Shown: positions 28,201 through 42,950 of the stretch, one piece after another
How positions within the stretch are numbered: position 1 is the first letter of the stretch
How the letters are laid out: each line of letters starts with the position of its first letter
Assembly: GCF_009914755.1 (NCBI RefSeq)
Contig: NC_060933.1
From: the human T2T-CHM13v2.0 reference genome, Homo sapiens
Strand: one strand, 5' to 3'
DNA: 64,000 nt
Notes under the pieces: model-generated
Told to the model about the DNA's origin: nothing
Seen by the model: the letters and a program-made list of their open reading frames with translations, nothing else
The model's database searches: none
Program-made: the position numbers and the translations under genes

Positions 28201-31200
28201 TCTGGTTGTTTCCATTCCATTCCATTCCATTTCACTCCATTCCATTGCACTCGGTTTGATTCCATTCCATTCCATTCTATTCCATTCCGGATGATTCCAT
28301 TCCATTGCATTCCATTCCATTCCATTCCCCTGCACTCAGGTTGATTCCATTCCATTCCATTCCACTCCTTTCGGTTCCGTTCCATTCCATTCTATTGCAT
28401 TCCATTCTATTCGGGTTAATTCCATTCCATTCTATTCCATTCCATTCCATTCCATTCCATTGCAATGGAGTTGATTCCATTCCATTCCATTCCATTCCGG
28501 ATGATTCCATTCCATTGCATTCCATTCCATTCCATTCCCCTGCACTCGTGTTGATTCCATTACCTTCCATTCCATTCCATTCCGTTCCATTCCATTGCAT
28601 TCCATTCTATTCCGGTTAATTCCATTCCATTCCATTCCATTCCATTACATTCCATTGCAATCGAGTTGATTCCATTCCATTCCTTTCCATTCCATTCCAT
28701 TGCCTTGCATTCCAATCGGGTTGATTCCATTCCCTTCTTTCCACTCCATTACATTCCCTTACATTCCACTCGGAATGATTGATTCCATTCCATTCCATTC
28801 CATTTCATTCCGTTGCAATCCATTCCAATCTATTCCATTCCATTCCATTCCACTCGACTTGATTTCATTCCATTCCTTTCCATTCCATTCCATTCCTTTC
28901 CACTCCAGTTGATTCCAATCCATTCCATTCCATTGCATTCCATTCCATGCCATTCCACTCGGGTTGATTCCATTCCTTTGCATTCCATTCCATTCCATTC
29001 CATTCCATTCCATTCCATTCCATTCCGGATGATTCCATTCCATTGCATTCCGTTCCATTACATTCCCCTGCACTCGCGTTGATTCCATTCCATTCCATTC
29101 CATTCCATTCAATTCCATTCCATTACAATTCGTTCCATTCCATTCTATTCCGTACCATTCCATTCCATTCCATACAATTCCATTCCATTCCATTCCATTC
29201 CATTCCGTTCCATTCCGTTCCATTCCATTCCATTCCATTCTATTCGGGTTAATTCCATTCCATTCCATTCCATTCCATTCCATTCTATTCCATTCCATTG
29301 CAATCGAGTTGAATCCATTGCATTTCATTCCATTCCATTGCATTCCATTCCGGAAGATTCCATTCCATTGCATTCCATTCCATTCCATTCCCCTGCACTC
29401 GCGTTGATTCCATTCCATTCCATTCCATTCCATTCCATTCCATTCCGTTCCGTTCCATTCCATTCCATTCCATTCCATTCCATTCCGTTCCGTTCCGTTC
29501 CATTCCATTCCATTCCATTCTATTCGGGTTAATTCCATTCCATTCCATTTGATTGCAATCGAGTTGATTCCATTCCATTCCATTCCATTCCATTCCGTTC
29601 CATTCCATTCCTTTCCATTCCATTACGGATGATTCCATTCCATTGCATTCCATTCCATTCCATTCCCCTGTACTCGGGTTGATTCCATTCCATTCCATTC
29701 CAATCCATGCCATTCCACTCGTGTTGATTCCATTCTTTCCATTCCATTCAAGTTGAATCCATTCCATTGCATTCCATTCCATTCGATTCCATTCGATTGC
29801 ACTCGGGTTGATTCCATTCCATTGCATTCCATTCCATTTCATTCCATTCCATTCCATTCCATTCCGTTCCATTCCATTTCATTACATTCAGATTGATTCT
29901 ATTCAATTCCCTAACACTCCATTATATTCCAATTCATTCTGGTTTTTTCCATTCCATTCCATTCCATTTCACTCCATTCCATTGCACTCGGGTTGATTCC
30001 ATTCCATTCCATTCCATTGCATTCCATTCCATTCCATTCCGGATAATTCCATTCCATTGCATTCCTTTCCATTCCATTCCCTTATACTCGGCTTGATTCC
30101 ATTCCATTCCATTCCATTACATTCCGTTCCATTCCATTCCATTACATTCGGATTGATTCTATTCAATTCCCTTACACTCCATTACATTCCATTCCATTCG
30201 GGTAGTTTCCTTTCCATTCCATTCCATTCCTCTCCATTCCATTGCACTCGGGTTGATTCCATTCCATTCCATTCCATTACATTACATTGCATTACATTAC
30301 ATTCCGTTCCATTGTACTCGGGTTGATTCCATTCCATTGCATTCCATTCCATTCCATTCCATTCCATTCCATTCCATTCCATTCCGTTCCATTCCATTCC
30401 ATTACATTCGGATTGATTCTATTCAACTCCCTTACTCTCCATTACATTCGATTCCATTCGGGTTGTTCCATTCCATTCCATTCCATTCCACTCCATTCCA
30501 TTGCACTCGGGTTGATTCCATTCCATTCCATTCCATTCCGGAAGATTCCATTCCATTACATTCCATTACATTCCATTCCCCTGCACTCGTGTTGATTCCA
30601 TTCCATTCCATTCCATTCCATTCAATTCCATTCCTTTCCGTTCCATTCCATTCCATTCCATTCCGTTCCGTTCCGTTCCGTTCTGTTCAATTCCATTCCA
30701 TTCCATTCTATTCGGGTTAATTCCATTCCATTCCATTCGATTGCAATCGAGTTGATTCCATTCCATTCCATTCCTTTCCATTCCATTCCATTCCTTTCCA
30801 TTCCATTACGGATGATTCCATTCCATTGCATTCCATTCCATTCCATTCCCCTGTACTCGGGTTGATTCCATTCCATTCCATTCCAATCCATGCCATTCCA
30901 CTCGTGTTGATTCCATTCTTTCCATTCCATTCAAGTTGAATCCATTCCATTGCATTCCATTCCATTCGATTCCATTCGATTGCACTCGGGTTGATTCCAT
31001 TCCATTGCACTCCATTCCATTCCATTTCATTCCATTCCATTCCTTTCCATTCCATTCCATTCCATTCCATTCCATTCCATTGCAATCGAGTTGATTACAT
31101 TCCATTCCTTTCCATTCCATTCCATTGCCTTGCATTCCACTCGGGTTGATTCCATTCCCTTCTTTCCATTCCATTACATTCCCTTCCATTCCACTCGGAA

Positions 31201-32729
31201 TGATTGATTCCATTCCATTCCATTCCATTTCATTCCATTGCAATCCATTCCAATCCATTCCATTCCATTCCATTCCACTCGAGTTGATTTCATTCCATTC
31301 CTTTCCATTCCATTCCATTCCTTTCCACTCCAGTTGATTCCATTCCATTCCATTCCATTCCATTGCATTCCATTCCATGCCATTCCACTCGGGTTGATTC
31401 CATTCCATTCCATTCCATTCCATTCCATTCCATTCCATTCCATTGCATTCCATTCCATTCCTTTCCCCTGCACTCGGGTTGATTCCATTCCATTCCATTC
31501 CATTTAATTCCATTCCATTCCATTCCATTCCATTCCATTCCAATCCGTTCCATTCCATTCCATTCTATTCCATTGCAATCGACTTGACTCCATTCCATTC
31601 CATTCCATTCCATTCCATTCCATTCCATTTTGTTCCAATCCATTCTATTCCAAACCTTTCCATTCCATTCCATTCCATTCCATTCCATTCCATGCCATTC
31701 CACTCGGGTTGATTCCATTCCTTTCCATTCCATTCGGGTAGAATCCAATCCACTCCATTCCATTCCATTCGAATCCATTCCATTGCACTCGGGTTGATTC
31801 CATTCCATTCCATTCCATTCCATTCCATTCCGTTCGATTCCATTTCATTACATTCAGATTGATTCTATTCAATTCCCTTACACTCCATTATATTCCAATC
31901 CATTCTGGTTGTTTCCATTCCATTCCATTCCATTTCACTCCATTCCATTGCACTCGGTTTGATTCCATTCCATTCCATTCTATTCCATTCCGGATGATTC
32001 CATTCCATTGCATTCCATTCCATTCCATTCCCCTGCACTCAGGTTGATTCCATTCCATTCCATTCCACTCCTTTCGGTTCCGTTCCATTCCATTCTATTG
32101 CATTCCATTCTATTCGGGTTAATTCCATTCCATTCTATTCCATTCCATTCCATTCCATTCCATTGCAATGGAGTTGATTCCATTCCATTCCATTCCATTC
32201 CGGATGATTCCATTCCATTGCATTCCATTCCATTCCATTCCCCTGCACTCGTGTTGATTCCATTACCTTCCATTCCATTCCATTCCGTTCCATTCCATTG
32301 CATTCCATTCTATTCCGGTTAATTCCATTCCATTCCATTCCATTCCATTACATTCCATTGCAATCGAGTTGATTCCATTCCATTCCTTTCCATTCCATTC
32401 CATTGCCTTGCATTCCAATCGGGTTGATTCCATTCCCTTCTTTCCACTCCATTACATTCCCTTACATTCCACTCGGAATGATTGATTCCATTCCATTCCA
32501 TTCCATTTCATTCCGTTGCAATCCATTCCAATCTATTCCATTCCATTCCATTCCACTCGACTTGATTTCATTCCATTCCTTTCCATTCCATTCCATTCCT
32601 TTCCACTCCAGTTGATTCCAATCCATTCCATTCCATTGCATTCCATTCCATGCCATTCCACTCGGGTTGATTCCATTCCTTTGCATTCCATTCCATTCCA
32701 TTCCATTCCATTCCATTCCATTCCATTCC
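25285..32729 (+). repeat. ~3705-bp tandem duplication (copies ~25285-28992 and ~28993-32729)
   Basis: ORF offsets +3708 (25577->29285, 26100->29808, 27098->30806), then +3703 (28156->31859, 28700->32403). Differences seen: C26668 vs A30376 and one 5-bp indel near 27960/31670. Junction lies in the pure CATTC run 28981-29026. Confidence 0.95.
27380..28090 (+). repeat. Diverged HSat3 block ('second dialect'); other copies ~28660-28980, 31090-31790, 32365-32685, 39235-39750
   Basis: Words I did not see elsewhere in the window: TTGCCTTGC, CCCTTCTTTCC, GGAATGATTGATT, CTCCAGTTG, GACTTGACTCC, CCAAACCTTT, GGGTAGAATCCAATCC. Confidence 0.8.
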
Positions 32730-35700
32730 ATTCCATTCCATACCGTTGCATTCCATTCCATTACATTCGGATTGATTCTATTCAACTCCCTTACTCTCCA
32801 TTACATTCCATTCCATTCGGGTTGTTCCATTCCATTCCATTCCATTCCACTCCATTCCATTGCACTAGGGTTGATTCCATTCCATTCCTTTCCATTCCAT
32901 TCCATTCCATTCCATTCCATTCCATTCCATTCCGGATGATTCCATTCCATTGCATTCCGTTCCATTACATTCCCCTGCAATCGCGTTCATTCCATTCCAT
33001 TCCATTCCATTCCATTCAATTCCATTCCATTACAATTCGTTCCATTCCATTCTATTCCGTATCATTCCATTCCATTCCATACCATTCCATTCCATTCCAT
33101 TCCATTCCATTCCATTCCGTTCCATTCCGTTCCATTCCATTCCATTCCATTCTATTCGGGTTAATTCCATTCCATTCCATTCCATTCCATTCTATTCCAT
33201 TCCATTGCAATCGAGTTGAATCCATTGCATTTCATTCCATTCCATTCCATTCCATTCCATTCTGGAAGATTCCATTCCATTACATTCCATTCCATTCCAT
33301 CTCCCTGCACTCGCGTTGATTCCATTCCATTCCATTCCATTCCATTCCGTTCCGTTCCGTTCCGTTCTGTTCCATTCCATTCCATTCCATTCCATTCCAT
33401 TCCATTCCATTCCGTTCCGTTGCATTCCATTCCATTCCATTCTATTCGGGTTAATTCCATTCCATTCCATTCGATTGCAATCGTGTTGATTCCATTCCAT
33501 TCCATTCCATTCCATTCCATTCCATTCCATTCCATTCCTTTCCATTCCATTACTGATGATTCCGTTCCATTGCATTCCATTCCATTCCATTCCCCTGTAC
33601 TCGGGTTGATTCCATTCCATTGCATTCCAATCCATGCCCTTCCACTCGTGTTGATTCCATTCTTTCCATTCCATTCAAGTTGAATCCATTCCATTGCATT
33701 CCATTCCATTCGATTCCATTCGATTGCACACGGGTTGATTCCATTCCATTGCATTCCATTCCATTCCATTCCATTCAATTCCATTCCGTTCCATTCCATT
33801 CCATTACATTCGGATTGATTCTATTCAACTCCCTTAGTCTGCATTACATTCCATTCCATTCGGGTTGTTCCATTCCATTCCATTCCATTCCACTCCATTC
33901 CATTGCACTCGGGTTTATTCCATTCCATTCCATTCCATTCCATTCAATTCCATTCCATTCCGGAAGATTCCATTCCATTGCATTCCATTCCATTCCATTC
34001 CCCTGCACTCGCGTTGATTCCATTCCATTCCATTCCATTCCATTCCATTCCGTTCCGTTCCGTTCCATTCCATTCCATTCCATTCTATTCGGGTTAATTC
34101 CATTCCATTCCATTCGATTGCAATCGAGTTGATTACATTCCATTCCATTCCATTCCATTCCATTCCTTTCCATTCCATTACGGATGATTCCATTCCATTG
34201 CATTCCATTCCATTCCATTCCCCTGTACTCGGGTTGATTCCATTCCATCCCATTCCAATCCATGCCATTCCACTCGTGTTGATTCCATTCTTTCCATTCC
34301 ATTCAAGTTGAATCCATTCCATTGCATTCCTTTCTATTCCATTCCCCTGCAGTCAGGTTGATTCCATTCCATTCCATTCCATTCCATTCCGTTCCGTTCC
34401 ATTCCATTCCATTCCTTTCTATTCGGGTTAATTCCATTCCATTCCATTCCATTCCATTCCATTCCATTCCATTCCATTCCAATCAATTTGATTCCATTCC
34501 ATTCCATTCCATTCCATTCCATTCCATTCCATTCCACTCCATTCCAGTCCTTTCCATTCCATTCCACTCGGGTTGATTCCAATGTACTCCTTTCCATTCC
34601 TTTCCATTCCATTGCAATCGAGTTGATTCCATTGCTTTGCATTCCATTCCATTCCATTCCGGATCATTCCATTCCATTGTATTGCATTCCATTCCATTCC
34701 CCTGCACTCGGGTTGATTCCATTCCATTCCACTCCATTCCGTTCCATTCCATTCCATTCCATTGTATTCGGGTTAATTCCATTCCATTCCATTCCATTCC
34801 ATTCCATTCCATTACAATCGAGTTGATTCCATTCCATTCCATTCCATTCCAGTCCTTTCCCTTCCATTCCACTCGGGTTGATTCCATTCTATTAGTTTCC
34901 ATTCCATTCCATTCCCTTCCATTCCACTCTGGTTGCTTCCATTGCTTTCCATTCCACTCGAATACATTCCCTCCTATTCCACTCGGAACGATTCCATTCC
35001 ATTCCATTCCATTCCATTCCATTCCATTCCATTCCATTCCATTCCATTCCATTCCATTTCGTTCCATTCCATTCTATTCCGTATCATTCCATTCCATTCC
35101 ATTCCATTCCATTCCATTCCATTCCATTCCATTGTACTCGGGTTGATTCCATTCCATTGCATTCCATTCCATTCCTTTCCATTCCATTCCATTCCGTTGC
35201 ATTCCATTCCATTACATTCGGATTGATTCTATTCAACTCCCTTACTCTCCATTACATTCCATTCCATTCGGGTTGTTCCATTCCATTCCATTCCATTCCA
35301 CTCCATTCCATTGCACTCGGGTTGATTCCATTCCATTCCATTGCATTCCATTCCATTCCATTCCATTCCATTCCATTCCGGATGATTCCATTCCATTGCA
35401 TTCCGTTCCATTACATTCCCCTGCACTCGCGTTGATTCCATTCCATTCCATTCCATTCCATTCAATTCCATTCCATTACAATTCGTTCCATTCCATTCTA
35501 TTCCGTACCATTCCATTTCATTCCATAGTATTCCATTCCATTCCATTCCATTCCATTCCGTTCCATTCCATTCCATTCCAATCTATTCGGATTAATTCCA
35601 TTCTATTCCATTCCATTCCATTGCAATCGAGTTGAATCCATTGCATTTCATTCCATTCCATTCCATTCCATTCCATTCCGGAAGTTTCCATTCCATTGCA

Positions 35701-38380
35701 TTCCATTCCATTCCATTCCCCTGCACTCGCGTTGATTCCATTCCATTCCATTCCATTCCATTCCGTTCCGTTCCATTCCATTCCATTACATTCCGTTCCA
35801 TTCCATTCCATTCCATTCCATTCTATTCGGGTTAATTCCATTCCATTCCATTCGATTGCAATCGAGTTGATTCCATTCCATTCCATTCCATTCCATTCCA
35901 TTCCATTCCATTCCTTTCCATTCCATTACGGATGATTCCATTCCATTGCATTCCATTCCATTCCATTCCCCTGTACTCGGGTTGATTCCATTCCAATCCA
36001 TGCCATTCCACTCGTGTTGATTCCATTCTTTCCATTCCATTCAAGTTGAATCCATTCCATTGCATTCCATTCAATTCGATTCCATTCGATTGCACTCGGG
36101 TTGATTCCATTCCATTGCATTCCATTCCATTCCATTCCATTCCATTCCATTCCATTCCGTTCCATTCCATTCCATTACATTCGGATTGATTCTATTCAAT
36201 TCCCTTACACTCCATTACATTCCATTCCATTCGGGTAGTTTCCATTCCATTCCATTCCATTCCTCTCCATTCCATTGCACTCGGGTTGATTCCATTCCAT
36301 TGCATTCCATTCCATTCTATTCAATTCCATTCCGTTCCATTCCATTCCATTACATTCGGATTGATTCTATTCAACTCCCTTACTCTCCATTACATTCCAT
36401 TCCATTCGGGTTGTTCCATTCCATTCCATTCCATTCCACTCCATTCCATTGCACTCGGGTTGATTCCATTCCATTCCATTCCATTCCATTCCATTACAAT
36501 CGAATTGATTCCATTCAATTCCATTGCATTCCAATCCTTTCCATTCCATTCCACTCGGGTTGATTCCATTCTATTAGTTTCCATTCCATTCCATTCCCTT
36601 CCATTCCACTCTGGTTGATTCCATTCCTTTCCATTCCACTCGAATACATTCCCTCCTATTCCACTCGGAACGATTCCATTCCATTCCATTCCATTCCATT
36701 CCATTCCATTCTATTCCATTCCATTCCATTTCGTTCCATTCCATTCTATTCCGTATCATTCCATTCCATTCCATTCCATTCCATTCCATTCCATTTCATT
36801 CCATTCCATTGTACTCGGGTTGATTCCATGCCATTGTATTCCATTCCATTCCATTCCATTCCATTCCATTCCATTCCATTCCATTCGGTTCCATTCCATT
36901 ACATTCGGATTGATTCTTTTCAACTCCCTTACTCTCCATTACATTCCATTCCATTCGGATTGTTCCATTCCATTCCATTCCATTCCACTCCATTCCATTG
37001 CACTCGGGTTGATTCCATTCCATCCATTGCATTCCATTCCATTCCATTCCTTTCCATTCCAGTCCTTTCCATTCCATTCCATTCGGGTTGATTCCATTCT
37101 ATTAGATTCCATTCCATTCCATTCCCTTCCATTCCACTCTGGTTGATTCCATTCCTTTCCATTCCACTCGAATACATTCCCTCCTATTCCACTCGGAACG
37201 ATTCCATTCCATTCCATTCCATTCCATTCCATTCCATTCCATTCCATTCCATTTCGTTCCATTCCATTCTATTCCGTATCATTCCATTCCATTCCATTCC
37301 ATTCCATTCCATTCCATTCCATTCCATTGTACTCGGGTTGATTCCATTCCATTGCATTCCATTCCATTCCATTCCATTCCATTCCGTTGCATTCCATTCC
37401 ATTACATTCGGATTGATTCTATTCAACTCCCTTACTCTCCATTACATTCCATTCCATTCGGGTTGTTCCATTCCATTCCATTCCATTCCACTCCATTCCA
37501 ATGCACTCGGATTGATTCCATTCCATTCCATTCCATTCCATTCCATTCCGGATGATTCCATTCCATTGCATTCCGTTCCATTACATTCCCCTGCACTCGC
37601 GTTGATTCCATTCCATTCCACTCCATTCAATTCAATTCCATTCCATTACAATTCGTTCCATTCCATTCTATTCCGTACCATTCCATTCCATTCCATACAA
37701 TTCCATTCCATTCCATTCCATTCCATTCCATTCCGTTCCATTCCGTTCCATTCCATTCCATTCCATTCTATTCGGGTTAATTCCATTCCATTCCATTCCA
37801 TTCCATTCCACTCTATTCCATTCCATTGCAATCGAGTTGAATCCATTGCATTTCATTTCATTCCATTCCATTCCATTCCGGAAGATTCCATTCCATTGCA
37901 TTCCATTCCATTCCATTCCCCTGCACTCGCGTTGATTCCATTCCATTCCATTCCATTCCATTCCATTCCGTTCCGTTCCATTCCATTTCATTACATTCAG
38001 ATTGATTCTATTCAATTCCTTTACACTCCATTATATTCCAATCCATTCTGGTTGTTTCCATTCCATTCCATTCCATTTCACTCCATTCCATTGCACTCGG
38101 GTTGATTCCATTCCATTCCATTCCATTGCATTCCATTCCATTCCATTCCGGATGATTCCATTCCATTGCATTCCTTTCCATTCCATTCCCCTGCACTCGG
38201 GTTGATTCCATTCCATTCCATTCCATTACGTTCCATTCCATTCCATTCCATTCCATTCGGATTGATTCTATTCAATTCCCTTACACTCCATTACATTCCA
38301 TTCCATTCGGGTAGTTTCCTTTCCATTCCATTCCATTCCTCTCCATTCCATTGCACTCGGGTTGATTCCATTCCATTCCA

Positions 38381-38520
38381 TTCCATTACATTACATTGCA
38401 TTACATTACATTCCGTTCCATTGTACTCGGGTTGATTCCATTCCATTGCCTTCCATTCCATTACATTACATTGCATTACATTACATTCCGTTCCATTGTA
38501 CTCGGGTTGATTCCATTCCA
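38381..38520 (+). repeat. 75-bp tandem duplication of a CATTA-rich module
   Basis: TTACATTACATTGCATTACATTACATTCCGTTCCATTGTACTCGGG at 38386 and 38461. Confidence 0.88.
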
Positions 38521-41500
38521 TTGCATTCCATTCCATTCCATTCCATTCCATTCCATTCCATTCCATTCCATTCCATTCCGTTCCATTCCATTACTTTTGG
38601 ATTGATTCTATTCAACTCCCTAACTCTCCATTCCATTCCATTCCATTCCATTCAATTCCATTCCGTTCCATTCCATTCCATTACATTCGGATTGATTCTA
38701 TTCAAGTCCCTTACTCTCCATTGCATTCGATTCCATTCGGGTTGTTCCATTCCATTCCATTTCATTCCACTCCATTCCATTGCACTCGGGTTGATTCCAT
38801 TCCATTCCATTCCATTCCGGAAGATTCCATTCCATTACATTCCATTACATTCCATTCCCCTGCACTCGTGTTGATTCCATTCCATTCCATTCCATTCCAT
38901 TCAATTCCATTCCATTCCGTTCCATTCCATTCCATTCCATTCCATTCCTTTCCATTCCATTACGGATGATTCCATTCCATTGCATTCCATTCCATTCCAT
39001 TCCCCTGTACTCGGGTTGATTCCATTCCATTCCATTCCAATCCATGCCATTCCACTCGTGTTGATTCCATTCTTTCCATTCCATTCAAGTTGAATCCATT
39101 CCATTGCATTCCATTCCATTCGATTCCATTCGATTGCACTCGGGTTGATTCCATTCCATTGCACTCCATTCCATTCCATTTCATTCCATTCCATTCCTTT
39201 CCATTCCATTCCATTCCATTCCATTCCATTGCAATCGAGTTGATTACATTCCATTCCTTTCCATTCCATTCCATTGCCTTGCCTTCCACTCGGGTTGATT
39301 CCATTCCCTTCTTTCCACTCCATTACATTCCCTTCCATTCCACTCGGAATGATTGATTCCATTCCATTCCATTCCATTCCATTCCATTCCATTCCATTGC
39401 ATTCCATTCCATTCCTTTCCCCTGCACTCGGGTTGATTCCATTCCATTCCATTCCATTTAATTCCATTCCATTCCATTCCATTCCATTCCATTCCAATCC
39501 GTTCCATTCCATTCCATTCTATTCCATTCCATTCCATTCCATTCCATTCCATTCCATTCCATTCCATTCTATTCCATTTTGTTCCAATCCATTCTATTCA
39601 GAACCTTTCCATTCCATTCCATTCCATTCCATTCCATTCCATTCCATGCCATTCCACTCGGGTTGATTCCATTCCTTTCCATTCCATTCGGGTAGAATCC
39701 AATCCACTCCTTTCCATTCCATTCGAATCCATTCCATTGCACTCGGGTTGATTCCATTCCATTCCATTCCATTCGATTCGATTCCATTCCATTCCATTCT
39801 GTTCGATTCCATTTCATTACATTCAGATTGATTCTATTCAATTCCCTTACACTCCATTATATTCCAATCGATTCTGGTTGTTTCCATTCCATTCCATTCC
39901 ATTTCACTCCACTCCATTGCACTCGGTTTGATTCCATTCCATTCCATTCTATTCCATTCCGGATGATTCCATTCCATTGCATTCCATTCCATTCCATTCC
40001 CCTGCACTCAGGTTGATTCCATTCCATTCCATTCCACTCCATTCGGTTCCGTTCCATTCCATTCTATTGCATTCCATTCTATTCGGGTAAATTCCATTCC
40101 ATTCTATTCCATTCCATTCCATTCCATTCCATTGCAATGGAGTTGATTCCATTCCATTCCATTCCATTCCGGATGATTCCATTCCATTGCATTCCATTCC
40201 ATTCCATTCCATTCCATTCCATTCCTTTCCATTCCATTACGGAAGATTCCATTCCATTGCATTCCATTCCATTCCATTCCCCTGTACTCGGGTTGATTCC
40301 ATTCCATCCCATTCCAATCCATGCCATTCCACTCGTGTTGATTCCATTCTTTTCATTCCATTCAAGTTGAATCCATTCCATTGCATTGCATTCTATTCCA
40401 TTCCCCTGCAGTCAGGTTGATTCCATTCCATTCAATTCCATTCCATTCCATTCCATTCCATTCCGTTCCGTTGCATTCCATTCCATTCCTTTCTATTCGG
40501 GTTAATTCCATTCCATTCCATTCCATTCCATTCCAATCAATTTGATTCCATTCCATTCCATTCCATTCCATTCCATTCCATTCCATTCCACTCCATTCCA
40601 GTCCTTTCCATTCCATTCCACTCGGGTTGATTCCAATGTACTCCTTTCCATTCCTTTCCATTCCATTGCAATCGAGTTGATTCCATTGCTTTGCATTCCA
40701 TTCCATTCCATTCCGGATGATTCCATTCCATTGCATTGCATTCCATTCCATTCCCCTGCACTCGGGTTGATTCCATTCCATTCCACTCCATTCCGTTCCA
40801 TTCCATTCCATTCCATTGTATTCGGGTTAATTCCATTCCATTCCATTCCATTCCATTCCATTCCATTCCATTCCATTACAATCGAGTTGATTCCATTCCA
40901 TTCCATTCCATTCCAGTCCTTTCCATTCCATTCCACTCGGGTTGATTCCATTCTATTTGTTTCCATTCCATTCCATTCCCTTCCATTCCACTCTGGTTGC
41001 TTCCATTCCTTTCCATTCCACTCGAATACATTCCCTCCTATTCCACTCGGAACGATTCCATTCCATTCCATTCCATTCCATTCCATTCCATTCCATTTCG
41101 TTCCATTCCATTCCATTCCGTATCATTCCAATCCATTCCATTCCATTCCATTCCATTCCATTCCATTCCATTCCATTGTACTCGGGTTGATTCCATTCCA
41201 TTGCATTCCATTCCATTCCATTCCATTCCATTCCGTTGCATTCCATTACATTACATTCGGATTGATTCTATTCAACTCCCTTACTCTCCATTACATTCCA
41301 TTCCATTCGGGTTGTTCCATTCCATTCCTTTCCATTCCACTCCATTCCATTGCACTCGGGTTGATTCCATTCCATTCCATTCCATTCCATTCCATTCCAT
41401 TCCATTCCATTCCGGATGATTCCATTCCATTGCATTCCGTTCCATTACATTCCCCTGCACTCGCGTTGATTCCATTCCATTCCATTCCATTCCATTCAAT

Positions 41501-42950
41501 TGCATTCCATTACAATTCGTTCCATTTCATTCTATTCCGTACCATTCCATTCCATTCCATACTATTCCATTCCATTCCATTCCATTCCATTCCGTTCCAT
41601 TCCATTCCATTCCAATCTATTCGGATTAATTCCATTCTATTCCATTCCATTCCAATGCAATCGAGTTGAATCCATTGTATTTCATTCCATTCCATTCCAT
41701 TCCACTCCATTCCGGAAGTTTCCATTCCATTGCATTCCATTCCATTCCATTCCCCTGCACTCGCGTTAATTCCCTTCCATTCCATTCCATTCCATTCCGT
41801 TCCGTTCCATTCCATTACATTACATTCCGTTCCGTTCCATTCCATTCCATTCCATTCTATTCGGGTTAATTCCATTCCATTCCATTTGATTGCAATCGAG
41901 TTGATTCCATTCCATTCCATTCCATTGCATTCCATTCCATTCCATTCCTTTCCATTCCATTACGGATGATTCCATTCCATTGCATTCCATTCCATTCCAT
42001 TCCCCTGTACTCGGTTTGATTCCGTTCCATTCCATTCCAATCCATGCCATTCCACTCGTGTTGATTCCATTCTTTCCATTCCATTCAAGTTGAATCCATT
42101 CCATTGCATTCCATTCAATTCGATTCCATTCGATTGCACTTGGGTTGATTCCATTCCATTGCATTCCATTCCATTCCATTCCATTCCATTCCATTCCATT
42201 CCATTCCATTCAGTTCCATTGCATTCCATTACATTCGGATTGATTCTATTCAATTCCCTTACACTCCATTACATTCCATTCCATTCGGGTAGTTTCCATT
42301 CCATTCCATTCCATTCCTCTCCATTCCATTGCACTCGGGTTGATTCCATTCCATTGCATTCCATTCCATTCCATTCAATTCCATTCCGTTCCATTCCATT
42401 CCATTACATTCGGATTGATTCTATTCAACTCCCTTACTCTCCATTACATTCCATTCCATTCGGGTTGTTCCATTCCATTCCATTCCATTCCACTCCATTC
42501 CATTGCACTCGGGTTGATTCCATTCCATTCCATTCCATTCCATTCCATTCCATTCCATTCCGGAAGATTCCATTCCATTGCATTCCATTCCATTCCATTC
42601 CCCTTCACTCGCGTTGTTTCCATTCCATTCCATTCTATTCCATTCCATTCCCTTCCTTTCCGTTCCTTTCAATTCCATTCCATTCCATTCCATTCCGTTC
42701 CGTTCCATTCCATTCCATTCCATTCTATTCGGGTTAATTCCATTCCATTCCATTCGATTGCAATCGAGTTGATTCCATTCCATTCCATTCCATTCCATTC
42801 CATTCCTTTCCATTCCATTACGGATGATTCCATTCCATTGCATTCCATTCCATTCCATTCCCCTGTACTCGGGTTGATTCCATTCCATTCCATTCCAATC
42901 CATGCCATTCCACTCGTGTTGATTCCATTCTTTCCATTCCATTCAAGTTG

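Noticed and set aside
28552-28562. TGATTCCATTA (and 32255-32265) matches a DUX4-type consensus on the - strand
   Set aside because: It is one substitution away from the ubiquitous TGATTCCATTC and occurs only once per duplicate, which is expected by chance.
25285-32729. ~3.7-kb period suggesting Y-chromosome DYZ1 (~3.5 kb)
   Set aside because: Only two copies, the period does not continue into the flanks, and I saw no periodic HaeIII (GGCC) or EcoRI sites (a lone GAATTC near 62623).
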